A stretch of 61,889 nucleotides of DNA, the filler included, from a bacterium (GTDB lineage Bacteria; JBDRGX01): the NCBI GenBank assembly GCA_043817485.1. It is 8 parts of 8 records of this genome, joined end to end, with 100 filler letters (N's around TTAATTAATTAA, not from the genome) between each part and the next. Parts side by side here need not be neighbours in the genome. Positions count along the whole stretch, not along the records: positions 17,747 to 35,599 come from JBDRGX010000003.1; positions 35,700 to 38,605 come from JBDRGX010000004.1; positions 38,706 to 41,274 come from JBDRGX010000005.1; positions 41,375 to 48,539 come from JBDRGX010000006.1; 4 more parts are not named here. One strand, given 5' to 3'. The position numbers were made by a program, and so were the translations under genes. Below the pieces are notes generated by a model. That model saw only the letters and a list, made by a program, of their open reading frames with translations, had not been told where the DNA came from and searched no databases. This document shows, piece after piece, positions 31,532 to 41,623 of this stretch (its first letter is position 1; each line of letters starts with the position of its first letter).

Positions 31532-32710
31532 TTAAATTGAAGCTATTAATTTTTCTGCACTATATGCCCATGAAAAACTTTCTTTCACTTTCTTAATCAT
31601 ATCTTTATCAACCCTTTGCTTACATTCAATACACTTTTTTATTTCTTTTACCCGTTCATCTTCATTAAAATTATCCATAACATTCGCCCCAAAATCCTTA
31701 AATTGAGTTAAAGAAGTATTATTTTGAATATAAACAGGTGTTCCCTGAGATAATGATTCTATAACAGGAATCCCAAAACCTTCAGCAATAGAAGGATAAA
31801 CCATGGCTACTGCATTTTTATATAGTTTAGGTAAAAAGTTTGATTCAACCATTCCAAGAATTAAAATTTTATTTTTATATGGACTATTTTTTATTCTTTC
31901 TTTAATTGGATTAAAATTCCATGATTCTCCACCAGTCAATACAAGCATTAATTTTTCTTTAAAATTATTATTTAAAGATTCAAGTAACAATTCAAAAACA
32001 TTGATTAAAAAAATTATATTTTTTCTTGGCTCAAGTGAACCTACATTAAGCAAATATAATTCAGGTGTAAAAAATTTTTCATCATTATTTTCTTTGTCTT
32101 GTAATAAAAAATCTTGTTTTAATCCAGCTTCCAAAACTATTATTTTGCTTAAATCTTTTTTAAAAGTTAAACTTATATCTTTTTTTGAGTACTGAGATAT
32201 TGTGAAAATTTTTTCTGCCCGATTAATTGCTATAGGAAGTAACTTCATCCGAAAATTGGCATATTTGGTAGTAATTCCTTTATTATGCCATGCTGCTAAA
32301 TCATATACAGTAATGCCAAATTTTCTTTTAAATAATAAAATAGACAAAGGAATTTCAGTAGATGGAAAATAATAAAAATCAATGTTATTTCCAGCAAAAA
32401 TAATTAGTTCATTATAAGCTTGTCTTAATAAAGATATTATTTTTCTTTTAAAACCCACTTTTCCAATAACAGAAAATGGATTAAAATATGCTTTAATTCT
32501 CCTATCAGTTGAAATTTCTTTTGTTAACGAATTATAAATATTACTGGCAAAAACTGAAATACCTGCTTTAGTTGCAGAATTTATACTCAAATCAAATATT
32601 ATTTTTTGAGTTTTTGATTTATTCTTCTGGCTTTTTTTGAAATTTCTGTAAAATTTTAAATTCAATATACGATGTCCTAAAATAAATCTTGAATTGATTT
32701 TATTATACAA
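31532..32710 (-). CDS. Family 4 glycosyltransferase
   Basis: VGSLEPRKN, YPSIAEGFGIPVIES. Confidence 0.88.
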   Translation of the reverse strand: MYNKINSRFILGHRILNLKFYRNFKKSQKNKSKTQKIIFDLSINSATKAGISVFASNIYNSLTKEISTDRRIKAYFNPFSVIGKVGFKRKIISLLRQAYNELIIFAGNNIDFYYFPSTEIPLSILLFKRKFGITVYDLAAWHNKGITTKYANFRMKLLPIAINRAEKIFTISQYSKKDISLTFKKDLSKIIVLEAGLKQDFLLQDKENNDEKFFTPELYLLNVGSLEPRKNIIFLINVFELLLESLNNNFKEKLMLVLTGGESWNFNPIKERIKNSPYKNKILILGMVESNFLPKLYKNAVAMVYPSIAEGFGIPVIESLSQGTPVYIQNNTSLTQFKDFGANVMDNFNEDERVKEIKKCIECKQRVDKDMIKKVKESFSWAYSAEKLIASI

Positions 32711-32713
32711 GCA

Positions 32714-33574
32714 TTAAGTTCCATTTTCTTCTTTTACTTTTAAATGAATATTATTTAAAACCTTTTCATTTATTAATTTTCGTTCTTTATCAAAAACCCA
32801 TCCCCATTTTTTAAAATATTTTATTGCACTATTTATATGAAGTAAAAGTATTTTAAAATTTTTATAAGAGTCTTTTCTATATTCATGATAAATATTTACA
32901 TTTGGATAATAAACTGTTTTGTAATGAGTATGAATTCTTCTACTTAAATCAACATCTTCTAAATACATAAAAAACCTCTCATCAAATAATCCCACTTCTT
33001 CTAACACATCTACTCTCATAAACATAAAACAACCAGACAAATAAGGAACTTCCATCATACTATCATATTCTGTAATTCTAAGCTCATATATTTTGTTTCT
33101 TTTTTCTATATATTTTTTAAATAACGGTAAAAAAGATAAAAATCTTCTACCAAATAAATCAAATGGAGTTGGTAACAGTTTGCATAAATACTGAATATTC
33201 CCATCCTGATAAAAAACTTTCGGCATAACCAAACCAACATCTAAATTTTTCTCCATAAACTCATATAAATTTGTTAACACTCCTTCTTCAAAATACACAT
33301 CAGGATTCATCACAAGATGATATTTTATATTTTCTTTTATGCTTTTTTGCATAGCTATGTTATGTCCTTTTCCATAGCCAAGATTTGCATTGTTAAAAAT
33401 ATATTCTATTCTTTGATCAATATTAGCTAATTCTTTTAATGTATTTGTTGGTGAGTTATCTATAAGATAAAGATTTATATCTAAATTTTTGATTAACATA
33501 TTTATAACTTTTTGAATTTGTTTTTTATTATTTTTATAAAGAACTATGGATATATTTACAAATTTTTTATTCAT
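32714..33574 (-). CDS. Family 2 glycosyltransferase (rhamnosyltransferase-like)
   Basis: IDNSP, NLGYGKGHN, NPDV, SGCFM, FDERFFMYLEDVDL. Confidence 0.88.
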   Translation of the reverse strand: MNKKFVNISIVLYKNNKKQIQKVINMLIKNLDINLYLIDNSPTNTLKELANIDQRIEYIFNNANLGYGKGHNIAMQKSIKENIKYHLVMNPDVYFEEGVLTNLYEFMEKNLDVGLVMPKVFYQDGNIQYLCKLLPTPFDLFGRRFLSFLPLFKKYIEKRNKIYELRITEYDSMMEVPYLSGCFMFMRVDVLEEVGLFDERFFMYLEDVDLSRRIHTHYKTVYYPNVNIYHEYRKDSYKNFKILLLHINSAIKYFKKWGWVFDKERKLINEKVLNNIHLKVKEENGT

Positions 33575-33614
33575 TATTATTTCCTTAATCATACACAATA
33601 TTTTAAATAATTCT

Positions 33615-34700
33615 TTATAATTTCTTTAAAAACCATTGCCATGATGTTTTTATTATAAATTCAATATCTTCACATTGTCTTTTCCAACCTAATTCTTTTT
33701 TAATTTTTTCTGAACTGGCAATTAAAACTGGAATATCTCCTTCTCTTCGAGAAGTTATTTTAACCAAAACTTTTTTTTTAGTTACTTTTTCTACTTTATC
33801 AATTATTTCTTTAACAGAAAATCCTTTTTCACTTCCTAAATTATAAATTTTACTTTCACAATTTTTATTTAATAAATATTCTAATGCTAAAATATGAGCT
33901 TGTGCTACATCATTTACATAAATATAATCTCTAATACAAGTACCATCTTTTGTTAAATAATCATCTCCATAAATTTCAAAAATTTCTCTTTTTTCTAATG
34001 AATCTACCACACCATAAATGGAGGGGGATCTTCTCTGTAAGGAAAATATATTATTATTGTGCCAATCCATCCCCGTCTCAAAAGACGGGACATTCTTGGC
34101 ACTCCCAGATAAACTTTTTAAAATTTTTGGAATAAGATGTGTTTCGGGATTATGATTTTCTCCAATTTTACCAGATGGCTCAGCTCCTGCAACATTAAAA
34201 TACCGTAAAGCAATATACTTTAATCCATAAGCTTTATCAAAATCTTCTAATATTTGCTCTATTATTAATTTAGTTTTTCCATAAGGATTTATTGGTTTTG
34301 TTTTTTCATTTTCTTTAATAGGAATTTCTTCAGGAATACCATAAACTACTGCAGTTGAAGAAAAAATAATTTTTTTAACATTATGTTTTATCATTGAATC
34401 AAGAAAATTTAAACAATTAACAACATTATTTCGATAATATTTATTTGGATTTTTTATAGATTCTTCTACAGAAGTATTAGCAGCAAAATAAATTACAAAT
34501 TCTATTTGATTTTCTTGAAAAATCCTTTCCATTAAATTAATATCACCAATATTCCCTTGTATAAATTCTCCATAAAGTACATGTTCTTTTTTGCCTTGAC
34601 TTAAATCATCAACAACAATAATAAAATATCCCTTTTCTCCTAACATTTTCACTACATGAGATCCAATATAACCTGCTCCACCTGCAACTAAAACTTTCAT
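33615..34700 (-). CDS. galE: UDP-glucose 4-epimerase with an in-frame 37-codon P1 insert
   Basis: GGAGYIGSH, YGKTK, LRYFNVAGA, ETHLIP, DGTCIRDYI. Confidence 0.93.
   Translation of the reverse strand: MKVLVAGGAGYIGSHVVKMLGEKGYFIIVVDDLSQGKKEHVLYGEFIQGNIGDINLMERIFQENQIEFVIYFAANTSVEESIKNPNKYYRNNVVNCLNFLDSMIKHNVKKIIFSSTAVVYGIPEEIPIKENEKTKPINPYGKTKLIIEQILEDFDKAYGLKYIALRYFNVAGAEPSGKIGENHNPETHLIPKILKSLSGSAKNVPSFETGMDWHNNNIFSLQRRSPSIYGVVDSLEKREIFEIYGDDYLTKDGTCIRDYIYVNDVAQAHILALEYLLNKNCESKIYNLGSEKGFSVKEIIDKVEKVTKKKVLVKITSRREGDIPVLIASSEKIKKELGWKRQCEDIEFIIKTSWQWFLKKL
33998..34108 (-). mobile_element. P1 element copy D, 111 bp, in frame inside galE
   Basis: TTTAT|CTGGGAGTGCCAAGAATGTCCCGTC...GTAGATTCAT; reads SGSAKNVPSFETGMDWHNNNIFSLQRRSPSIYGVVDSL. 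Confidence 0.92.
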
Positions 34701-34706
34701 TAAAAA

Positions 34707-35414
34707 TTATTCCTTAACAACTTTATCTAAAACTGCTGATAAATAACCATATTTCAATTGAACTTCTATTTTAACAGGAATACAATCAGCATCATTAGTG
34801 AACCAAATTTTAAGAGCTTCTGGCTTTTGAACAATTACAATAGTTTCAAAAGTACCAAATGGTATTTTAATTTTTTCTTTTCCTTCCACTGTTATTACAT
34901 TAGAAGTAATTTCTCTTCCTCCAAACATTCCTATTCTAAATTTTTTTCCTACTTTTAAATTCTGATTTCTCATATAATAAACTATAGAAATAAAATCAAA
35001 AGTAGATGGAAGAAGATCTTTGGTAAATTCTCTATTTTTTTCCCGTACATAAACTTTTTTCTCTTCAAAATTAAATTTAGCTAAAACATGATTTTCATAT
35101 TTTCCTTCTTTAATTTTTTTCTCTATTTGAATAGGATGAAAAGTTTGTTTATCCATATTTACATAAATGATATCATGAAGGTTATAAAACCTATTTAAAA
35201 AATCTGAACTTTTTAATTCATAAAAAATTTTATAAGTTTCTTTATTATTTATTTGATTTATACCAACAACATGTAAAATTTGTGTTCCAACTGAAACATT
35301 TAAAATTTTTATTTTATAAATTAATTTTTCACCTATCTTAATTGTATAAGCATTAGAAAAAGAAATTAGTAAAGAAAGAAATAATAAACATAAAATTGTT
35401 TTTATGTATTTCAT
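34707..35414 (-). CDS. DUF3108-like exported protein
   Basis: Signal peptide, GEKLIY, DFISIVYYMR, IKIPFGTFET, IWFTND..IPVKI. Confidence 0.7.
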   Translation of the reverse strand: MKYIKTILCLLFLSLLISFSNAYTIKIGEKLIYKIKILNVSVGTQILHVVGINQINNKETYKIFYELKSSDFLNRFYNLHDIIYVNMDKQTFHPIQIEKKIKEGKYENHVLAKFNFEEKKVYVREKNREFTKDLLPSTFDFISIVYYMRNQNLKVGKKFRIGMFGGREITSNVITVEGKEKIKIPFGTFETIVIVQKPEALKIWFTNDADCIPVKIEVQLKYGYLSAVLDKVVKE

Positions 35415-35441
35415 ATAAACCTCCTAAATTTAATTTTTATA

Positions 35442-35599
35442 TTATTTTTTAAAATTTAAAATATTTTTAAAATTAATCCATGTTTTTTTAATATCTTTTT
35501 GAATTTTTGAAATTTCTTCAAGCAATCTTTTAATTTCTTCATCTTCTTTCTTTTTTAAATTTTCAATAAATTCTATAAAGAAAATCCATAATATTCCTA
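35442..35599 (-). CDS. 3' fragment of a hypothetical protein at contig end
   Basis: Open frame ...GILWIFFIEFIENLKKKEDEE...NFKK*. Confidence 0.4.
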
Positions 35600-35699
35600 N
35601 NNNNNNNNNNNNNNNNNNNNNNNNNNNNNNNNNNNNNNNNNNNTTAATTAATTAANNNNNNNNNNNNNNNNNNNNNNNNNNNNNNNNNNNNNNNNNNNN
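35600..35699. other. Artificial contig linker
   Basis: N44-TTAATTAATTAA-N44. Confidence 0.98.
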
Positions 35700-35700
35700 T

Positions 35701-36133
35701 GATATTGATTGTAAAATAATTCAATCAAATATGCAAGTTAATTATATAGATATTTTAGATTTAATGGCAGAATTTCAAAAAAAAATCTCTTTTATTTTTA
35801 CAAACAGGTGGAGTTCATTCATCAGCTTTATGTAATTTAAAAAATATAGAACTTTTTACTGAAGATATAGGTAGACATAACGCTATTGATAAAATATTTG
35901 GTGAATGTTTAATGAAAAATATAGATACAAGTGATAAAATTATTTTAACAAGTGGTAGAATTTCCTCAGAAATTTTATTAAAAGTTGTAAAACGAAATAT
36001 TTCAATTATTATCTCTCGATCAGCTCCTACAGATTTGGCTATAAATATAGCAGAAAAAATGAGAATTACATTAATTGGTTTTGTTAGAGGTAATCGAATG
36101 AATATTTATACTCATAAATTTAGAATTTTATAA
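35701..36133 (+). CDS. fdhD: FdhD sulfurtransferase, 3' part, with an apparent +1 frameshift in an A9 tract (35777-35785)
   Basis: TGGVHSSAL, EDIGRHNAIDK, TSGRISSE, SRSAPT, LIGFVRG. Confidence 0.85.
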
Positions 36134-36231
36134 AATAATTTGTTTTACAAAACTTATTCTTGACAAAAAAAATAGTATATAATAATTTTTAAACATAACA
36201 AAATAATTAAATAAAACTTGAGAAAAAAATA

Positions 36232-36906
36232 ATGATTTCTATTGTCATACCAGTTTTTAATGAAAAAAATACAATATTAAAAATATTGGAAAAAATACAA
36301 AAAATTAATTTAGAAAAAGAAATTATTATTGTAGATGATGGTTCTACTGATGGTACTAAAGAAATTCTTCAAAACATAAAAGAAAATAATATTAAAATTT
36401 TATATCATTCTAAAAATCAAGGAAAAGGCGCTGCTTTAAAAACAGGATTTAATGAAGTAAAAGGAGATATAATAATAATTCAAGATGCAGATTTAGAATA
36501 TGATCCAGAGAATTATTTTATTTTAATTAAACCTATTAAAGAAGGTTATGCAGATGCAGTTTATGGCTCTCGTTTTTTAGGAATTCATAGAGTTTTTTTG
36601 ATATGGCATTATTTGGGAAATAAATTTTTAACTGGCATAACTAATATTTTATATAATACTACTTTATCTGATATGGAAACTGGAGCAAAAGTTTTTAAAA
36701 CAGAAATAATAAAAAATATTACAATAAAATCTAAAAAATTTGATATTGAACCAGAAATTACAGCAAAAATTTTAAAACAAAATATAAGACTTTATGAAGT
36801 TCCTATTTCTTATTATGGAAGAGATTATAAAGAAGGTAAAAAAATAACTTGGAAAGATGGTATAAAAGCAATATATGTCTTAATTAAATATAGATTTTTT
36901 GATTAA
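36232..36906 (+). CDS. Family 2 glycosyltransferase (DPM1-like)
   Basis: IPVFNE, DDGSTDG, GKGAA, QDADLEYDP, DMETG. Confidence 0.9.
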   Translation: MISIVIPVFNEKNTILKILEKIQKINLEKEIIIVDDGSTDGTKEILQNIKENNIKILYHSKNQGKGAALKTGFNEVKGDIIIIQDADLEYDPENYFILIKPIKEGYADAVYGSRFLGIHRVFLIWHYLGNKFLTGITNILYNTTLSDMETGAKVFKTEIIKNITIKSKKFDIEPEITAKILKQNIRLYEVPISYYGRDYKEGKKITWKDGIKAIYVLIKYRFFD

Positions 36907-36922
36907 AAAGGAGATATTTAGT

Positions 36923-37147
36923 ATGAAATTAGAACAATTAGATATGTTGGAAAAATTAGAACAATTAGATACATTAGAAACTAAAATAAATAATCTTATT
37001 TCTTCTTATGAAAAAATAAAAGAAGAAAATGTTTTTTTACAAGAAGAAATAAATAAATTAAAAACAGAAAAAGATAATGTAAAAACAAAAATTAAAGATT
37101 TAATTTCAAAAATAGATCAATATTCTGAAATAGATAAATTCATATAA
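36923..37147 (+). CDS. Small coiled-coil protein, ZapB-like
   Basis: AGGAG RBS; LEQLDTLETKINNLI...LKTEK; short internal duplication (KLEQLD twice). Confidence 0.5.
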   Translation: MKLEQLDMLEKLEQLDTLETKINNLISSYEKIKEENVFLQEEINKLKTEKDNVKTKIKDLISKIDQYSEIDKFI

Positions 37148-37224
37148 TCCAAAGTTGCAATTAATTGCTAACTGTATTGGTCTTATCGTCGAATCCTTAT
37201 TATTATTTTGATTGCATTTTGGTA
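37145..37224 (-). mobile_element. Minimal, cargo-free copy of MITE M1 (about 80 bp)
   Basis: Both M1 ends nearly adjacent: AAGTTGCAATTAATTGCTAACTGTATTGG and CCTTATTATTATTTTGATTGCATTTTGGTA. Confidence 0.65.
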
Positions 37225-37253
37225 TAAAAATCAAAAAAAAGGAAATAAAAAAA

Positions 37254-37841
37254 ATGCCACAAATAACAGTTCAATTAGGTGAAGAAATAGTTGATAAATA
37301 TATTTTAAAAAAGCGTGTTATTTATATTGGTAGAGACAAAAATAATGATATTGTTTTGGATAATTTATTAGTTTCTCGAAAACATGCAAAAATAAAACAA
37401 GAAAAAGGTGGAATTTATATATTAACAGATTTAAAAACTCCAAATAAAACTTTTTTAAATGGACAAGAAATTACTGAATGTGAAATTAAAGATGAGGATA
37501 AAATTAGTATTTGTCATCATACCTTGCTATTTAATATAGATAAAAGAATTGGACATAGAGGAATGTGGAAACCTGAACAAAAAGAAGGAACAATGATGTT
37601 TTCTTCTTTACAAGAAAAAGAAAAAGCTTTAAAAGAAGAAGTAGAAAATCTTATGAAAATAAAAGAAACAAAAGAAATGTCAGAAAAAGAATATAAAGAA
37701 CATCTTGATAAAATAGAAAATGTGCCAATAAGAAATTTTCAACCAAAACCAAAAAATAAAACATTTGGTTTAACATTTTTTCTAATATTACTTATTATTA
37801 TTGCTATAATATATACTATTTATCTTTTATTTTTTCAATAA
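37254..37841 (+). CDS. FHA-domain protein with C-terminal TM anchor
   Basis: IGRDKNNDIVL, VSRKHAKI, NKTFLNG; hydrophobic C-terminus. Confidence 0.85.
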   Translation: MPQITVQLGEEIVDKYILKKRVIYIGRDKNNDIVLDNLLVSRKHAKIKQEKGGIYILTDLKTPNKTFLNGQEITECEIKDEDKISICHHTLLFNIDKRIGHRGMWKPEQKEGTMMFSSLQEKEKALKEEVENLMKIKETKEMSEKEYKEHLDKIENVPIRNFQPKPKNKTFGLTFFLILLIIIAIIYTIYLLFFQ

Positions 37842-37927
37842 GGGATATAAATTAAAAAAAAATGGCTATATCACACCAGCAAAAACACATTTATCAAAAA
37901 ATTCAAGAAAAAAATTAACAAATATGA

Positions 37928-38328
37928 TGAACCGACGATTTGAATCGTCGGTTCAAAATCGTGATTTAAGCATAAGAAGCACATATAGCATATTATACTA
38001 ATCTCAATAAAAGTGCTATAGTTATAGTGTTGCTACTGATTATCTCAATTGTGTAATCTGAAAGTTTGTCATTTCGACGATAGGAGAAATCTCATATCTA
38101 AGAGTATCACTAAATGGAGAAGAGAGAAGAAAAACAATCTGGTTGTTGCTGTTAATCATGAATAGAAAAATTTAATTGAAGGGTGATGAGATTTCTCACT
38201 TCGTTTCGAAATGACAAAAGCCATTTGAAATGATAAGAATGCTTAATAACAAAAGCTGTTTGAAATGAGAGATTTCTCATTTTGAGTTTGTGTAGGTGAA
38301 CCGACCGACGATTTGAATCGTCGGTTCA
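37928..38328. repeat. REP cluster: R2 palindromes (37928-37955, 38297-38328) bracketing an inverted R3-type pair (38066-38095, 38186-38217)
   Basis: TGAACCGACGATTTGAATCGTCGGTTCA twice; TTGTCATTTCGAC..GAGAAATCTCAT and ATGAGATTTCTC..TCGAAATGACAA. Confidence 0.85.
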
Positions 38329-38409
38329 AGGTGAAGAATTTCAACTCTTGACAATATAAAACATCTTAAATGCAATTTGACATTAAACAATGTTAAAATA
38401 CAATTTTAA

Positions 38410-38605
38410 CTAAATTTTAATTCTTTTTTCACTTCTTACAATTTTATTAATTACATTAATATAAGATAAAATACTTGCTTCAATAACATCTGTACTTGTG
38501 GCTCTACTTGAATAAATTTTATTTTTATAATCAACTTTAATAGAAGATTCTCCTAAAGCATCTTTTTCAGCAGTTATTGATTTGATTGAATAATCAATAA
38601 GTTTA
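38410..38605 (-). CDS. leuA: 2-isopropylmalate synthase, C-terminal regulatory-domain fragment
   Basis: LIDYSIKSITAEKDALGESSIKV...ATSTDVIEASILSYINVINK; cut by contig end. Confidence 0.8.
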
Positions 38606-38705
38606 NNNNNNNNNNNNNNNNNNNNNNNNNNNNNNNNNNNNNNNNNNNNTTAATTAATTAANNNNNNNNNNNNNNNNNNNNNNNNNNNNNNNNNNNNNNN
38701 NNNNN
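38606..38705. other. Artificial contig linker
   Basis: N44-TTAATTAATTAA-N44. Confidence 0.98.
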
Positions 38706-38711
38706 AAAATA

Positions 38712-40109
38712 ATGAATATTTTGCTAATAAATCCTTCTTTTAATCTAAAAGAACAATATGGCGAAGCAGGAAAAATTCTTTCTTTACGACTTCCAATGGG
38801 ACTTTTATATATTGCTACTTATTTAGAAAAACAAGGTGTTAATGTAAAAATAGTTGATGCTCAAATACAAGAATTATCTAAAATTTTTTTTGAAAAATAT
38901 TTTGAGCATTTTCTTCCAGATATTGTTGGAATAAGTGCTTGTACACCTACTTTTCATGAAGCTCTTCGTATTTTATCCATAATAAAATCTATCTCTCCAA
39001 GTATAAAAACTTCTATGGGTGGAATACATCCTTCTTTTTTTTCAGAAAATGTTTTAAAACATAATGAAGTTGATTTTGTAATAAGAGGGGAAGGAGAAAT
39101 TACTTTTTGGGAATCTATCAATAAAAATTTTGATTTAACAGGAATAGATGGAATTTCTTATAAAAATGATAATGGAATTGTTATTCATAATAAAGATCGT
39201 GTTCCAATTTCTAATTTAGATATTCTTCCTTTTCCAAATAGAAAACTTCTTCCTTTTGAAAAATATGTAGAAACAATTATTACTTCTCGAGGATGTCCTT
39301 TTAATTGTATTTTTTGTTCAGCTAAAAATATTTTAGGAGAAAAATATAGAACAAGAAGTGCTTTAAATGTAGTAGAAGAAATAGGTTCTTTTATTGAAAA
39401 TGGAACTACTTTTTTCTTTGTTCTTGATGATAATTTTTGTGTTAATAAAAAAAGAGTTGAAGAAATATGTTTGCTTCTAATTCAAAAAAATTATCATAAA
39501 AAAATTGAATGGGGATGTGAAACAAGAGTAGATTTAGTAGATGAAAAAATGTTGAATTTAATGAGAAAATCTGGTTGTATAAGAATATTTTTTGGATTAG
39601 AAACACATTCTCAAAAATTATTAGATACATTAAATAAAAATGTAAAAATAGAAGAAAATGAAAAAGCAGTTAAATTAGCACAAAAATCTGGTATGGAGGT
39701 AAGAGGAAGTTTTATTTTGGGAATACCAGGTGAAACAAAAGAAGAATCTATAAAAACAATAAAATATGCTAAAAAATTAAAATTAACAGAAGCAAAATTT
39801 TCTCTAATAACTCCATATCCAGGAACAAAATTATTTGAAATAGCTCAAAATGAAGGATTGAAAATAACAGAACAAGATTGGCCACAATTAAGTACAGTTT
39901 CTGGTTTTAGTAATTATCAACCTGTTTATGTTCCTAAAGGAAGAAATAAAAAAGAACTTGTTAGATTACAAATGAGAGCATATTTAGAATTTTATTTACA
40001 ATTTTATCAGATTAAAAGAATATACAAAGAAATAAAAAGTATAAAGGATTTCTTTAAGTTTTTCAAAATATTTATAGATATAATTATGAAAATGGTTAAA
40101 AAAAGATGA
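38712..40109 (+). CDS. Cobalamin-binding radical SAM protein
   Basis: PMGLLYIA, GGIHPS, RGEGE, SRGCPFNCIFC. Confidence 0.9.
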   Translation: MNILLINPSFNLKEQYGEAGKILSLRLPMGLLYIATYLEKQGVNVKIVDAQIQELSKIFFEKYFEHFLPDIVGISACTPTFHEALRILSIIKSISPSIKTSMGGIHPSFFSENVLKHNEVDFVIRGEGEITFWESINKNFDLTGIDGISYKNDNGIVIHNKDRVPISNLDILPFPNRKLLPFEKYVETIITSRGCPFNCIFCSAKNILGEKYRTRSALNVVEEIGSFIENGTTFFFVLDDNFCVNKKRVEEICLLLIQKNYHKKIEWGCETRVDLVDEKMLNLMRKSGCIRIFFGLETHSQKLLDTLNKNVKIEENEKAVKLAQKSGMEVRGSFILGIPGETKEESIKTIKYAKKLKLTEAKFSLITPYPGTKLFEIAQNEGLKITEQDWPQLSTVSGFSNYQPVYVPKGRNKKELVRLQMRAYLEFYLQFYQIKRIYKEIKSIKDFFKFFKIFIDIIMKMVKKR

Positions 40110-40269
40110 TTTTTGTAATTATTTTTATAAATTTTAAAATTAAAAATATTAGGGGTTTAATGCGAAAAATAAGCAATAACTAAAACTAATTTTTGTAAAA
40201 TCAAAAAATTAGTTTTAAACATCATAATTTATTACAACATAAATTCAAATTTATAAAATTTTTAATGGT

Positions 40270-40902
40270 GTGAAAGCAGTTTTTAATGGACATGATCATG
40301 TTTATCAAAGAACACATCAAATAGATAAAGATGGGAATCAAGTTTCTAATGGTATTTATAATGTAACAGTATCTGGTGGGAATAGTATGCGTTGGCAGGA
40401 AAGTTTATGGATGGCAAAATTTCTCAATAAATACAAAGGAAATGATGCTACTGATGTTCCACTTGTAGGAATATGGCCAGGTTGGCAGGGTGCAGTTTAT
40501 ATGATGATAAATGGAGATAAAGCAATTATTGAAGAATTTAATTCTGATTCTAATTATAGAAAAGATGATTCATTTATAATGACAGTAGAAAACACTTCTT
40601 TAAATTATGATAAAAATTCAATGAATTTATCTAAAATTGAAAATTACCCAAATCCATTTAATCCCGAATGTTATATCCCATTAGAAATCTCAAACAACAA
40701 ATCTTCAAATAATACTAAAATAAAAATATACAATATATTAGGCCAAGTAGTTAGAGAAGTAATTACAAACAATGCAAGTAATTCAGTATATTGGGATGGA
40801 AGAGATAATTTAAGAAAAGAAGTTTCATCTGGAATGTATTTTTATGAAACAATTATAAATAACAAAACACAAAATTGTAAAAAAATGCTGATGTTGAAGT
40901 AA
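40270..40902 (+). pseudogene. N-terminally truncated metallophosphoesterase with FlgD-Ig / T9SS-type-A-like C-terminal domain
   Basis: Starts at the last family motif VFNGHDHVYQR with earlier motifs absent; ends NYPNPFNP...IKIYNILGQVVR...WDGRD...SSGMYFY...KKMLMLK. Confidence 0.6.
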
Positions 40903-40906
40903 AAAC

Positions 40907-40949
40907 TATAACTTGTAGAGATGTAAAAGTTTTGCATCTCTACAAGTTA
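40907..40949 (+). terminator. Strong hairpin (GTAG-type REP-like) after the 40270 ORF, probable terminator
   Basis: ATAACTTGTAGAGATG-TAAAAGTTTTG-CATCTCTACAAGTTAT. Confidence 0.65.
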
Positions 40950-40989
40950 TTAAAAAGTGTTATTTTAATTAAAAGGAGAATAAACAAAA

Positions 40990-41274
40990 ATGAATAAAAA
41001 AGTTGGCATAGGTGTTTTAGGAGCAGGTCCTTTAAATATGACACATCATATTCCATCTATTGTTAACAATCCAAATTGTTCTTTTGAAATGCTTTGTGAT
41101 TTGAATGAAGAACGATTAAAAAAATGTAATAACCTTTACCATCCTAAAAAATTAACTACTAATTATGATGAAATGCTAAATGATCCTGATATAGATTTAA
41201 TTTTTATTGCTACAGTTCCACATCTCCAATATGATTTAGCTAAAAAATCTATTGAAGCCAATAAACATACTTTT
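40990..41274 (+). CDS. Gfo/Idh/MocA oxidoreductase, 5' fragment
   Basis: IGVLGAG, CDLNEE, DPDIDLIFIAT, AKKSIEANKH. Confidence 0.85.
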
Positions 41275-41374
41275 NNNNNNNNNNNNNNNNNNNNNNNNNN
41301 NNNNNNNNNNNNNNNNNNTTAATTAATTAANNNNNNNNNNNNNNNNNNNNNNNNNNNNNNNNNNNNNNNNNNNN
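41275..41374. other. Artificial contig linker
   Basis: N44-TTAATTAATTAA-N44. Confidence 0.98.
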
Positions 41375-41583
41375 CCTGTATCTATTATTGAAACACTATC
41401 ACTCCATTCATTAGCCACATATACCTTAGTTCCTAATACACATAAGGCACTTGGACCTAATCCATTTACTTTATTTCCATTAGGAATAAGATTTATAGTA
41501 TCAACAACTTTTATTTCTCCATAACTTATATTCATTGTTACACATAATAAAAGAACTAAACTAAAAAATATTTTTTTAAACAT
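41375..41583 (-). CDS. Exported YVTN/YncE-type beta-propeller protein, 5' fragment
   Basis: Signal peptide MFKKIFFSLVLLLC; KVYVANEWSDSVSIIDT repeat. Confidence 0.75.
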
Positions 41584-41623
41584 TTTTGCTCCTTTTTCCC
41601 TAATAAATTTAAAATTATAAATT

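Noticed and set aside
36160-36183. TTGACA-N12-TATAAT spacing, also near 49266 and 56326, as a non-standard promoter type
   Set aside because: Only three cases in very AT-rich DNA; alternative -10 hexamers exist at 17 bp and other TTGACA sites do not fit
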